In this document: positions 1-12,520 of the stretch, in pieces
How positions within the stretch are numbered: the first letter of the stretch is position 1
Layout of the letters: the number at the start of each line of letters is the position of its first letter
DNA from: Octopus bimaculoides
Taxonomy: Eukaryota
Direction of reading: 5' to 3'
DNA length: 64,000 bases
Assembly (NCBI RefSeq): GCF_001194135.2
Contig: NC_068985.1
Location: 115,310,408-115,374,407 of the forward strand
Notes under the pieces: model-generated
What the model was told of the DNA's origin: nothing
Databases searched by the model: none
Seen by the model: the letters and a program-made list of their open reading frames with translations, nothing else
Made by a program: the position numbers and the translations under genes

Positions 1-57
<57 letters not shown>

Positions 58-1364
58 TATGATTACCTATGTATATATCTTCAAACAAGCATGTGTATAT
101 ACTCATATACCACGCTACACAACATATTGTTTATATTCTAGCTCATTGCATTCTGTAACTTAGCATTACCATCTGTTATTAGAGGTAAAATAACTACCTG
201 TTTAATATACAGAGTCGTTGATAGCAATGTCTTTTATCATTCAAAGCAGTATTTTATTATTTCCGTATAGTACTTACCAAAACGTCTGAAAGTTTAAAAG
301 TAGGTATACATTCATGCATACAGAGATAATACATACCTACTTTACATACGAAATCACCGAGATGGCAGGAAACTACAGGTGCATTGCTTGCCTAAACATT
401 ATGCACAGACTATACACAAGGTACCTCAACAAATTCTTCTAGGATCATTGTGAGTTGAACAAAATTGTGACTGATGAACAGGCATAGACACTATACATAC
501 ATGTGTGTATGATAGACTAAACGAATGATGCAACTGAAGAAACGCTGTTTCCTTCTTGTAAAACCAGTGCCTGAGGATGAAAATAATATGTGAATGATCG
601 ATATCAGGAACTGAAAATACATAAAAAATATATGGACGCTTATGCAACAAGATTTAAATTTGGGATGCATGATCGAAAACTTGCATTTAAATACAAACGG
701 AAGGAAACGTCCCATTATCAAGCTTTACTGAATCCTCAAAGTATAGGATATTAGACACTATAATATGAAGTGCCATACCGTATATCGAGGGATTGTTAGG
801 TGTAAATTATGTTTCAAGAAGACGCTGCAAATCCTCAAATACAAATATAACACAAATAAATAAAAGGAACTAAGTATTTCTTGTTACGTTGTTCACATTT
901 ATTAAAAAGAATTTTAAGGGCTTTCTCAATAAACATGGTATTCGTTAATGTATCCTAATAATACACCAGATGTAGTCTGCTTTTTTGGTCCAGTATTCAG
1001 AGTACGTAGTTATATTGATTTGAGTTATCTTTTCTTAGTGCACTTTATATCACACACTTCTTAGGGTTAGCACATATCTAAAATAACAGAACGTCGGTAA
1101 ACAATTTTGGTAGAGGTATTCTGGCTTTGATAAGAAAATAATGGCACTTATCACCTCTCTTTCAGCAAAAGTCTACTCGGTCAAATGGGGGAACGATTAA
1201 ATAATGAGTATTGCTATTTTGAATGTGTTTCTTTTAGTTGTACCATTCTATTTGAAACATGTGTAGGTAAAAATAAAATTGATAATGAATGCATCTTCAT
1301 TCTCTGCATTCCTTTAGTTTAGTTTACTGATTTTGTTTCGTGTTCTAGCCTCGGATTTACAAAC

Positions 1365-1399
<35 letters not shown>

Positions 1400-1831
1400 A
1401 TATATNNNNNNNNNNNNNNNNNNTATATATATATATATATATATATATACTAATAAATTTTGATGCCCAATGTCTATTATATGTCGAGATGTAAATTTGT
1501 TGAGCTATCGTTTTTAAAGTATTCATTTTGAAACTTTAACCGCTTATACTTACACTTTTTTATTATCTTTGCACACAGAAAAAGATATAAAAGAGATTGA
1601 CATGACATATCACAATATTCCTCAGAGAACTAATACATTCCCGTCATTCTATAGAGAAAGAAATCCTGCGGTTAATCGCTTTTGAAACCAAACACAAATG
1701 AGAGCTTAGTAATAAATTAGATTAGTTTGCATAGAACTTTTCTCAGCAGAGCGATTGAATACTTAGTATTTAGGTACAACACAGTCTGTAATAGAATCTT
1801 AAGATAAATTTTTGTAAGTGCATATTTGTGT

Positions 1832-1887
<56 letters not shown>

Positions 1888-2454
1888 ATGAAACCGTCAA
1901 AGGAGAAGCATCATTCACGAACACTGATCTTCGGATCGCAGTTGTGAGACACAGGCGGTTAGTGTTTAATTTAAAGAAGTGTATAATAATATTTGTAGCG
2001 TAAAGACTACTACAAAGATATGTCATACGTACGCTGCTTGAGGTCATAGTTTTGTTTTTAGAACATATCGTAACAGTAAATAGAACGTTTGTTGATATGC
2101 GTAGAGCTTGGTCAAGCTATAATTAAATAAATAATTTCCCACGAGTCAGGGTTATATATAATATATTTCTGTAAAGTCATATTTAATAAGTTGGTATACA
2201 TTCGGATGTGGGAAAAACCTTTCGCGCTGTAGAACTAGTCTCAGAAGAATATCTCTTCCTATATGATTTGTGTGAACTCACATTAGGCTGAGAATAACGT
2301 CAGTGGATTGTTAGGGAACATACTTGACTGTATTCTTTGATGCCTTTGGCTAGAAATTTTAACAAAGAATATAAAAGTTGAAGAAAATGTCAGGTGGTAT
2401 TTTTTGTTGCCGCTCTAGCAATGTGGAAGACGAAAGAAGAAAAGGAGAAAAACT

Positions 2455-2829
2455 AAGAAATGGATTGCTTTCTAATTGATGTATCAATACCAGCAGATGA
2501 CAACGTTTCTCTAAAAGAAAATACAAAGACCTGGAAATAGAGATGACTCGAATGTGGAATCTAAAAACAGAAACAATTCCTATCATAGTAGGTGCCTTAG
2601 GTATAATAAAAAAGATATTCAGACAAATACATAACAAAAACACCAGGACTTACAAATATATATAACATACAGAAAATTGCACTACTGTGTACTGCACACA
2701 TTCTACGCAAAACACTTTCAATACAGTAAACATAAGAGCACCACAGCAAACCACAGCACATACCCAAGGTGCACTGAGCTGCGCTCGGTAGTGAAGTGAA
2801 AGCACGTTATAAAAATAAAACTACTGAAC

Positions 2830-2830
<1 letters not shown>
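2455..2830 (+). mobile_element. R4/Dong-clade non-LTR retrotransposon 3' end (restriction-like endonuclease C-terminus plus 3' UTR), 5'-truncated and frameshifted
   Basis: Translates, with a small deletion and a frameshift, as CFLIDVSIPADDNVSLKE..KYKDLEIEMTRMWNLKTETIPIIVGALGIIKK..ITKTPGLTNIYNIQKIALLCTAHILRKTLSIQ*. This fits the RLE pattern D...E-K..KY..L...W....P(I/V)(I/V)xGALG. A ~120-nt UTR follows and runs into (AAT)n at 2830-2990. Confidence 0.88.
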
Positions 2831-2861
<31 letters not shown>

Positions 2862-2922
2862 CAATAGCAATAATAATAGCAATAATAATAATGATAATGA
2901 TAATAATAACAATAACAATACC

Positions 2923-2988
<66 letters not shown>

Positions 2989-2990
2989 TG
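2830..2990. repeat. (AAT)n microsatellite, tail or target of the Dong-like element
   Basis: Seen directly. Confidence 0.95.
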
Positions 2991-2994
2991 ACCT

Positions 2995-3185
2995 TCCCAG
3001 TATAGACACCAGGCCTGAAATTTGTGGTGAGGGGTAAATCGATCTCGTTCAACCCCAGTGTGTAACTGCTACTTAATTTATCAACCCCGAAACGATAAAA
3101 GGCAAAGTCCATCTCTGGTAAAATTGAACTCAGAAGGCCTGAAATTTTGGGGGAAGGGGCTAGTCGATTTTATCAACCCCAATGC
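2995..3185 (-). mobile_element. SINE family C (Deu/Nin-like central domain), two partial copies
   Basis: Reverse complement of the ...ctttgccttttatcgtttcggggttgataaattaagtagcagt... core and the aatttcaggcctg tail; the tail segment is repeated at 3135-3185. Confidence 0.8.
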
Positions 3186-3320
3186 TCATAGTAATAAAAC
3201 ACCATCTTCCAATCGGTGCTAAACTTAAAAATAGAAATAGGGACTATACACACTGACATGTGCACACTGAAACACAGGCGAGCATGCGCACACGCACACA
3301 TTCACACAGGCACACATAAA

Positions 3321-3570
3321 CAGTAATCCCTCGATTATCGCGAGTATTATGTTCCAAAACCTATTTATTAATTTATTAAAATTTAGGAGTAAACATACCT
3401 ATTTTACCACAGAAATAATTAAAATCTAAAAAAATATAAATACCTTTCGACCGCAGAAACCCGCTATTTTCTGAAGAATCCACGATATAAATTTACATAT
3501 ATTAGTCAGAAAAAATCCGCGATGTACTGAGTGCGTGATAGCTGAACCGCGATAAAGCGTGGGATTACTG
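3321..3570. mobile_element. pogo/Tigger-like MITE
   Basis: Imperfect TIRs CAGTAATCCCTCGATTATCGCG (3321) and CGCGATAAAGCGTGGGATTACTG (ends 3570), followed by TA; no ORF. Confidence 0.8.
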
Positions 3571-5218
3571 TATGTGCATATATACGTATGTGCGTGCGTC
3601 TATTGTGTGCATATGTGTGTGTTTGTGTGCGTGTATCTGAGAGAGAGAGAGATTGTGTGTCTGTGTGTGAGAATGTGTGTGTGCATGTATGTGTGTGTAT
3701 GTTTGTATGTGTGTGTGTGTGTGTGTCTGTGTGTGTGCATTTAACTGACGATGCATTTCACTACGCATTGAGATTGAACTCGAGTTCCTTTGATTACGAA
3801 ACAAACTCTTTAGCTACACAGCCATTAAATTTGTTGCCAGTGCCACCGAAGCTCCGACACTGATCAGCCTCGTCAGTTTCAGTCCTAGGCTAACGAAACT
3901 TCGAAGTCACTGTAGATAGTATTGTTTTAAAATAATTGATTCTACATTTGCAGTGTAATGTTTAGTATTTTATGCTTATAAAATCTTTTAAAAGTATAAT
4001 AAGTATTACAAATGAGTCGAGAGAAAAAAAAGAGAGAATGATGAAGGTAAGATGATGATACTCAGAATGAGAAAATGTATGCAAGTAAGCTCGAAAGAAG
4101 AAAACCGAAAGAAAAGAGATAGAAAAGAGGAATGCAGGAAGAAGCGAAGAAATAATAGAAGGTAGCAATAAATATAAAGGAACTTTATCAGGAACGCAAG
4201 CAAGAATATAAACTCAATGAATAATAAATGAATGAATAAATGATGTGAATGAACAGAGTTTAAATTCGCTTAAGTGATTTGTTATTGTGCAGGACTGCAG
4301 AAATATGCAGCAAACATTACAAGAATAAGGACCGGGATTGTTTCCACAGCAAAACACATTTAAAGAATATGGCAACGAAAATTTAACCTTTAAATGCCCA
4401 ATATTTGTTACAATTGAATGAATAACGTATAAGTGATTGGTTTGTCCTCGATTATGTTGCTTTCCTGTGCTGCGGCGCGCACCAATACATTGCTGCAGAA
4501 AATTGTGCAATTGTGCATAATACTTGCAATTGTGTTCTGCAAGAGTGGTATTTTTATTTTCATGAGAGTTATGTGCTGATTCAAATAATTTTTCCAATTT
4601 AACTATAGCTGGAATTGAAGCGCATCAGTATTTTAGCAAAGGACATCGGTGCTACTTAAACTATACAACGAAACGGCTATTGCACCAATGTACTCGAGAC
4701 CTACTTCTAAGTTTATAGATTTAATAATCTATCTTTGTAGATCTAATGACGTATCTAAATCTAATAGTTGCTATACTGCATATGGCGTAGTCGCTAGAAC
4801 GGCGGATAAAATACCCTACAGCATTCGTCTGGGCACTCTACTCTCTAAGTTCAATTCATGCTGAATGTCAAGAAAATATTTCATCTTCCTTTGTCGAGCT
4901 ATAAAATGCCAGTGAAGAACTAGGGTCGAGGCTTTCATTTTCCCTCTACTCATTCTCGTTCATCCAATTTTCGAATTGGTTGTGTTGTCGCAACGCCTCT
5001 TTCTCTAGGAATGAAAAATTAAGCGTGGGTATCAGAGACATTTCTTGAAAATAAAATAAAATAAAATGAAAAATATTTCCAGGAATAACTGTTTACTGAA
5101 GAAACTCCGATGTGCTTTTGCGTTCAGTCCTACTGTACAACACCTTGGGCAAGTGTCTTCTACTATCGCTCCAGTTCGACCTTAAATCTTAAGAGTGAAT
5201 TTCGAAGAGAAGACGGAA

Positions 5219-5450
5219 TTCCTCACCATATCACGGTTCACCTATCGCGGTTCACCTATCGTGGTTTATTATCTAAGCTTACGTCGATTCCTCCGTGGTG
5301 TTGTATAGCATCTATAATAAAATAAATATATACAAATTATAATAATCATAATAATAAGATATACAGTACAGTACTGTTTCTACTTTGCTGATTTTCACCT
5401 ATCGCAGGGGTTTTTGGAACGTAACACCCGCGATAGTCGAGGGATTGCTG
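5219..5450. mobile_element. Second copy of the same MITE family, opposite orientation
   Basis: The right end TTTTGGAACGTAACACCCGCGATAGTCGAGGGATTGCTG-TA is the reverse complement of the 3321 left end; the left end is degenerate (tcaccatatcacggttcacc). Confidence 0.75.
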
Positions 5451-5539
5451 TACTTCATTTAATATGGCCTTATTTTTTTAAACACTTGATGGTGTAAATG
5501 GTGGTGGAAGGGGGTCTGAATGTTATTTGTAAATATTTG

Positions 5540-5780
5540 TAGCCTAGTGTTGAGTGTGTTGCCCTCATGACCGAAAGATCATAGATTCGATTGCCGGACT
5601 GGGCGGTGCTCAGTGTTCTTGAACAAAGCACTTCATTTCACACTACCCCAGTCCACTCATCACTAACTCAGTTCCAGGAATAGCTGGTCAGTAAACTCTG
5701 CAGCGGATCATTCAGTGGGAGTGTGTTTGGAGTGAGGTGTTGTAATTTCAGTCACTTATACGCTAATGGTACCAGGTCAA
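5540..5780 (+). mobile_element. Old tRNA-derived SINE with a CORE/Meta-like central segment
   Basis: A-box-like gtagcctagtgttg, B-box-like gattcgattgcc, then gtgttcttgaacaaagcacttcatttcacac..ccagtccactca, the same segment seen in the 23960 and 24340 copies. Confidence 0.6.
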
Positions 5781-6183
5781 TCTCTTACTTTATGATTCCT
5801 GACACTCATGAGAAATCTAAGTCCTAAGTCCTTTAAAACATTCCCATTACTGACTACATAATGACCCCCTGTGTTCATCACTGTCTTTCTCCGACACTCC
5901 CCACTTGTATTAGTGGCACATATACTGTATAGCAGGTTGGCCTCATCAGCCGTAGGTTCACGTTTGCATTCTGGATATTTTTGTGTTTGTTAGTTATTCT
6001 TATTGTTTCCTTTGATGTTAATAGTAACCTCAGCAGAATAATTAAGAACGTGAAGAAAATGACCTGTAGTATATGATCTAATGAAATAATGGACGATGTA
6101 TATAGGCAGCGTTGTAGATAGATGGACTTGTTGTGAAGGGTGGTAGCTAGAGCAGTCTCTGTATATTAGTACCGAGAGCAGTC

Positions 6184-6415
6184 TACTCTTTTACTTGTTT
6201 CAGTCATTTGACTGTGTCCATGCTGGAGCACTACATTCAGTCGAGCAAATCGACCCCAGGACTTATTCTTTGGAAGCCTAGTACTTATTCTATCGGTCTC
6301 TTTTGCCGAACCGCTAAGTTACGGGGACGTAAACACACCAGCATCGGTTGTCAAGCGATGTTGGGGAGACAAAGACAGACACACAAACACACACACACAC
6401 ACATACACACACACA

Positions 6416-6480
<65 letters not shown>

Positions 6481-6706
6481 NNNNNNNNNNNNNNNNNNNN
6501 NNNNNNNNNNNNNNNNNNNNNNNNNNNNNNNNNNNNNNNNNNNNNNNNNNNNNNNNNNNNNNNNNNNNNNNNNNNNNNNNNNNNNNNNNNNNNNNNNNNN
6601 NNNNNNTATATATATACATATATACGGCGGGCTTCTTTCAGTTTCCGTCTATCAAATCCACTCACAAGGCTTTGGTTGGCCCGAGGCTATAGCAAGCTAC
6701 TTACCA
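6184..6706 (-). mobile_element. SINE family B (tRNA head, CORE-like segment, internal microsatellite, AAAGAGT tail) with an internal deletion
   Basis: tactcttttacttgtttcagtcatttgactg...gccgaaccgctaagttacggggacgtaaacacaccagc.. then (CA)/(TA)/gap, then ..cggcgggcttctttcagtttccgtct; the head region is largely deleted. Confidence 0.92.
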
Positions 6707-7775
6707 CTCTGTATATTAGTATATCATGTTCTATACATTTTGTGCAGTATGTATTGAAGCACCTCCATGTGCCTGATTAAACATTTTGGGAGATGTACGT
6801 TATTGCAATATGGTTTCTCAGGCTTATACAAGAATTGTGTAGGCCAAACCTAAAATATATTTCGGAAGCGTTTGAGAGAACGAAATGCATGTGATTTGAA
6901 GCAGAGAGATGTGTACGTTTAAAACTTATTTCATGTAAAGAAGTAAATATTCCTATCTGTTAGGCTGTAAATTTGCAGTTAACAACTGTTGCAGGAGTGA
7001 AAGTGTATATAGCTCTGAGAGAAACATTGAGGTTACGTTTGTTTCAAATATATCAACGCTAAACGTTTGAGAATATTATTAGAATTAAGTGCTGCCATAT
7101 GGGACCAGGGAACTTCCATAAAAAGACCAAACCAATAATAGTTTCTTGGGAAATAATTGTAATATCGGAATACGTTAATGGTAATGGAGCGTCAAAAGCA
7201 GCAGGCTGCAGTATTGAGCTGCAATACTTTAGTTTGTGATTTCAAATCCCACATGTGCTGGAATCGATTTGGTGTTGCGGGGGTCTATTAAAGACGAACC
7301 AATTCAATATTGAGATCGATTGCATGCACTCTTTCATCCTACAGAACGTTAGAAATACGAAGAGTGGTTGAAAAATATGTTAATTAAATCAAACATAGGC
7401 TTGTAACTTTGAATACAAATTATGTTAGTGTGTGTGTTTGTGTGTGCTTACATATATGCGTGTACGGTGTATATATGTATGTATATATATATATACAGGT
7501 AGTGTATATATTTATATATACGTGTGTATGTCTGTGCATGCGTTTATATGTATTTTATCCTTGAATAACTATAATGATACACATATGTATATATTTATTT
7601 ATTTATGTGTTTCAGCCAAGTGGCTGCGGTCATGCTTGTGCACCACCGTGTATATATATGTGTGCGTGTGTTTTTGTGTTTGTTTGTGTGAATGTACAGG
7701 ACGTTGCAATTGTGATTATAATCTATCTTGTGTCTATTTGTAATTTTGGTTTGCATATTCCGATTGGTTTTTATT

Positions 7776-8076
7776 GATAATAGAGGGCTGGGTATGCCGT
7801 GGTTACTAATGCGCAGACATGCGCTGAGGTTGCGGCTTCTCCAGCGTTTCCTCGACGGTGAGCAGGTGTGGTCACCGTTTGTTAGACACGCTTTTCCACA
7901 GCTTGTCTCTTTGACTGAGCTGCAATCCTGGATTAGGCGTAGATCGAGGAGGGGAGCTTGGCACCTAGAGTACCGTCAAGCGCACAAGCCACCGCCAGGC
8001 GGGCAAAGCGGTCCGTGGTAGTTCTACTCTAGCGTTCTATAGAGGGCTAGAGGAGGGGAAGTGCGACGACGTTCTC
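7776..8076 (+). mobile_element. Tx1/L1-like LINE ORF2 fragment (region just after the RT domain)
   Basis: A GC-rich island in AT-rich DNA that translates as RGLGMPWLLMRRHALRLRLLQRFLDGEQVWSPFVRHAFPQLVSLTELQSWIRRR...STLAFYRGLEEGKCDDVL. The GGLGxP motif after the RT domain is typical of L1/Tx1 ORF2. Confidence 0.65.
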
Positions 8077-8084
8077 GATGTTGC

Positions 8085-8137
8085 TACTGCTGCTGCTGTT
8101 ACTACTACTACTAGCACTAGTACTACTACTACTATTG

Positions 8138-8231
<94 letters not shown>

Positions 8232-8266
8232 TAATAATAATGATGATGATGATGATGATGATGATG

Positions 8267-8322
<56 letters not shown>

Positions 8323-8365
8323 GATTATGATAATAATGATAATAATAATCACAATAATAATAGTG
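8085..8365. repeat. Compound trinucleotide microsatellite (CTA)n-(TAA)n-(TGA)n
   Basis: Seen directly; it generates the poly-L/I/M ORFs. Confidence 0.97.
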
Positions 8366-8669
8366 GAATACAGTGATGAACATTGTCGCGGTAGAAGTAA
8401 TACCTTACAGTTCTTACGTTTATTCAAAGTTACGTGCATTTCAAAGTTACATGTATATTAAAGTTAGGTATATTTCAAAGGTTGAAATCATGCTAAGACT
8501 TACTATGCCTTTCATCTCTTCCGGGTCCACGAAGCAAAAACAGTCGCGTACAGTCGTGTACCGTGATTGATTCAGTTGACTTTCTTTGAAGAAATATCTA
8601 TGACATTTATGCTAAATTCTGAATAAATATTTCCATAAGGTGTGATCTTCATCAAGGTACTCAGCTCAC

Positions 8670-8793
8670 ATTTCCCGTTGCACAGCGAGATGTTAATTAG
8701 GAGTAGTAGCAGGGTGGGGCTAACAAGAGCGAAGCCTAAACCAGTGTTGTAGTCTCCATACGTATGAAAGATCATATTCATTCGTCGCTGCAT
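8670..8793 (-). CDS. Candidate first coding exon with a signal-peptide-like hydrophobic stretch (unidentified gene)
   Basis: GGCGGC-ATG at 8793 reads MQRRMNMIFHTYGDYNTGLGFALVSPTLLLLLINISLCNGK, followed by a phase-1 donor T|GTGAGC at 8670/8669. No homology recognised. Confidence 0.25.
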
Positions 8794-8959
8794 GCCGCCA
8801 ATTAATCAATTAATATTTAATCATTTTGTGTTTTGGAGATCTCTCCCATGCCTTTCTTAACTATAATTGTCATTAGCATTAATTAATAGTCATTTCATTA
8901 TGGGCGTAATTTCTTTGATTAAAAATTATGTTTCACTCACATTAGGAATATTAGTTTGC

Positions 8960-8992
8960 ACTTAACTCGGTGTAAAACGGTTCACTTTTATA
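8960..8992 (-). promoter_or_regulatory. Candidate TATA box plus initiator
   Basis: TATAAAAG at 8992-8985 and TTAAGT at 8965-8960 on the minus strand; the putative +1 A lies 29-30 nt from the first T of the TATA box. Confidence 0.3.
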
Positions 8993-9148
8993 AGCAGTGT
9001 GAGCGGTGTTGAATTGATCTTCGCCTCGTTGTTGTATCTTCAGGAGCGTGTCATCACTTCTTGATATGACTAAGGCAAACATGACAATAAACATACTCTT
9101 TCTTCCCCCTCTCTCCCCCTCTCTTCTCCCTCTCTCCCCTCTCTATCT

Positions 9149-9193
<45 letters not shown>

Positions 9194-9304
9194 AACATAT
9201 ACACACACATATACATACATGCATACAATCATACCTACGTATAGTTATAATCAGTTCGTAGATGGCTTACTTGACTGATACTTCGAAGTTACTGTCAACA
9301 ACGT

Positions 9305-9358
<54 letters not shown>

Positions 9359-9524
9359 NNNNNNNNNNNNNNNNNNNNNNNNNNNNNNNNNNNNNNNNNN
9401 NNNNNNNNNNNNNNNNNNNNNNNNNNNNNNNNNNNNNNNNNNNNNNNNNNNNNNNNNNNNNNNNNNNNNNNNNNNNNNNNNNNNNNNNNNNNNNNNNNNN
9501 NNNNNNNNNNNNNNNNNNNNNNNN

Positions 9525-9596
<72 letters not shown>

Positions 9597-10509
9597 GTGA
9601 AATATATATTTGGATTTACTTGTCATATGTGAAGAATTTCTTTGGATGATAATACTTATTGGTATCTGATTACTTGATATAATTTACCAAATTCGTTTGT
9701 CACTGAGTGCTATATAAATATCTTCATGGATTTAATTCCAGTTTACTTCTTGTTATGCTGTATACACACACATATACACACACACATATACATGTATATT
9801 TGTATGTATATAGTGTACTGTTCCTTGATGGTAAGATCAACAAAAAAGTACATATATAAATGCGTAACAAAGATGTACAGGTATCAACTCATTACGGCCT
9901 TTTCAAGCGACTCATTTAATTGATTAGGAAGTTGCCTCAATTTAAGTGCCTAATTCAACGGAATCTTCATTATATTTTACACCCCTCCCCCCACATATAT
10001 AAGGTATCTATGTGCTCGTATAAGTACGTATTTAAGTTCACAACATTAAAAATGTTTATCTTAGATTGTGTATGCTTGTAGAGTAAAGTATGATCTTAAA
10101 ATTGATCACTGTAGAATATTTTGTAACAGCAGCAGTATCTATATTTCACATAGAGATACATCTCTATTACCACACTATGATATACTTTTAAATGTATACC
10201 TTCACGCTCTGATATACTTTCATGAATATGACATTAGCAGGGTGATCCTCCTGATGGTCTCAGCCAATAAACCGGTTCTGTTCTACTCACAACATAACTC
10301 TATAAGTCAACACTATTCTGATATTAAAACAAAATCTGCTGGACGGTGTCCACGATTTGCATTCGCCTCGAGCAATTCTATTCCCATCCTTGTAGAGTTT
10401 GTCTTAAACCGGTACTACCCATCGTTAGCACTGCCAGAGAAGAAATTTCTGGAGGTTATCCATTGTAGTTCTCTGGACAAAAATGTTTTTCGAAATAAAA
10501 CAAGCATTT

Positions 10510-10785
10510 CTTCTTCGTAGACGTCGGAAATGTTACGTATCCGACCTTCTACTGACTCAGCAATTTCGCAGCCTGATATACAACAATTATCAGAATCGTT
10601 TCGACGTTGCAGACACATACATGAAAAGCAATGTATCTGATGCTCTACCGACTTAGCAATTTGGCTGAGACATATGCAATAATTTTCATTACTATTTCGT
10701 CTTCGTAGACGCCTGAAAAGTAATATATCCGACGTTGTACTGATTCAGCAAATTCGTTGCCTGATGTACAATAAGTTCTCACAAC
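10510..10785. repeat. Diverged tandem repeat, 3 units of about 94 bp
   Basis: The anchor GA(C/T)TYAGCAAWTT recurs at 10554, 10650 and 10742, with alignable flanks (ttcgtagac..gaaa..gtatccgac..). Confidence 0.8.
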
Positions 10786-11135
10786 TACCGATATACAATA
10801 ACTTTTGATAATACATCAACACATTATCTATAACAACAAACACAGATATCATTCCAGAAAAAATAAATAAATAAAAAAAAAAACACCAATATTCGGACTG
10901 GGAATATTGGTCGCGTATTATAATATAGCATTTGTTCATCTGCAATGTTTTTGTATTTTCGAAAGTGTACGTAATTTCCTACAAGAGAAAGCAAACATTT
11001 GATGTATTTTTCAAATCATAAATAATAAATATATTCATTTCTAATATTATGACAAGGCTACATTGCACTGGAAACGATAATTAAAGGTTTTGAAGTATGT
11101 GCGCGCGCATGTGTGTGTGCTTGCATGTTTATGTA

Positions 11136-11177
<42 letters not shown>

Positions 11178-11854
11178 TGTGTGTTTGTGTGCGTATGTGT
11201 GTGTGTGAGAGCGAGAGAGAAGGGGGAGAGGGAGATGATAATTATCCATTTAGTTTTATCAATTTTATCCGCATTGATAAATGTTTACCAAAAAACATAA
11301 AAGGTCATTGTGTCCTCCACTAGAGATAGCCAAATATCACTGATATCGTATCTACGCTGTATAAAAGGAAGGGCGTTTTAGATATGACAGCTAGAGATAA
11401 TACATTAAATTCTAGTTAAGCAATTTGCATCAGAGTCAAGTCCTGGTCATGGCATCTCCCGAAAGTGTATTTTCTCTAAGCGTTGAGTCGTGAGTGAAAA
11501 CGAGTAAGCAGAAACTGTTTGGAATCTTCACAGGAAGGAATAGCTTTCGTCACGTTCGTGTGACTATGATTTTTTGCCTGAGGAATACAATAGAGTACGA
11601 GTGTCTGTGGAGTGCTCAGTCAATTCATGAGTTAATAAATAAGTGATGCAACTGGAATAATTCTCTTTGAAACCGACGGTCAACATTATAGTTTATATAT
11701 ATTGAGTATCGTTGGAACGCCACGAATCATATGTCTCTGAAATGGAGGTCGGACTTAGCCAAATAATGATTTAAAAAATCTACAACAGTCTAAGGAGAAT
11801 TGTCTTAATAAATGTGCTAGCAGTAGCTACTATATACCACCTATAACGTGATTT

Positions 11855-12520
11855 CTCAGCCATCGCTCGGGACTGGCACTCAGCTTGATAGCGACTTTCT
11901 GCGTATTGGCGTTTTGCCGGGGCCTGGCTTCCAAGTTTGTGGGTCTCACAAATGCCGCTCCAGATCCTCTGAGGATTCTTTCGCATAACATTGTCAGGAT
12001 ATTTTAGTGCTGGTCGCCTTCCACGCCAAGCCGCCTTTAACGAAATCATAAAGCATGACCTGGACGCCGCAGGCTTCCCTTCCAAGCTCGAATCAGCCGG
12101 GCTAGACCGAGGGGATAATAAAAAAGCTGACGGTACATCAATTTTCCCGTTCCGTGTAGGTAGACACCTCATCTGAGATGCCACATGCAGTGACATCTTC
12201 TTCAACGGCAACTTGGTGTGTTCGGATAACAGTTCAAACTCCGCTGCTCGTCAAACTGAGAAAAGCAATCTATCAAAGTATCGGTCGCTTCTGCCAGGTT
12301 TATAATCCAACCTGTGGTAGTGAAACACCTCAGCGTTCTCGGCCCCCGGACATATCCCTGCTCCCCGTTACTGAAGAGGATATTGCTGTCCGCAAGTTCG
12401 AATCGCGAGAGTCACAGTGGCTGTTCCAGCAAATCTCCAACACCTTTTCCATTTTGTCTGCTGGGTCTATGAATCGGTCTAATTACTGGAAGTCGGGAGA
12501 CAGTGAGAATTTCGTAGCTT
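11855..12520 (+). mobile_element. CRE-clade non-LTR retrotransposon relic (zinc knuckle plus restriction-like endonuclease)
   Basis: Translates across stops and shifts as GTQLDSDFLRIGV..VCGSHKC....H....YFSAGRLPRQAAFNEIIKHDLDAAGFPSKLESAGLDRGDNKKADGTSIFPFRVGRHLI*DATCSD..AARQTEK..KYRSL..PVVVKHLSVLGP..RESQWLFQQIS. This matches the CRE-type R(H)xxxNxII..L..AG..S..EP.GL.R.D.K.PDG...P...G..L.WDAT pattern. Confidence 0.85.

Noticed and set aside
426-650. Strong minus-strand acceptor (tattttcag at about 612) with a 60-codon frame
   Set aside because: No recognisable homology; the frame stops one base before the nearest good donor.
4214-4597. 127-aa minus-strand ORF
   Set aside because: No domain similarity and no good splice sites; composition looks non-coding.
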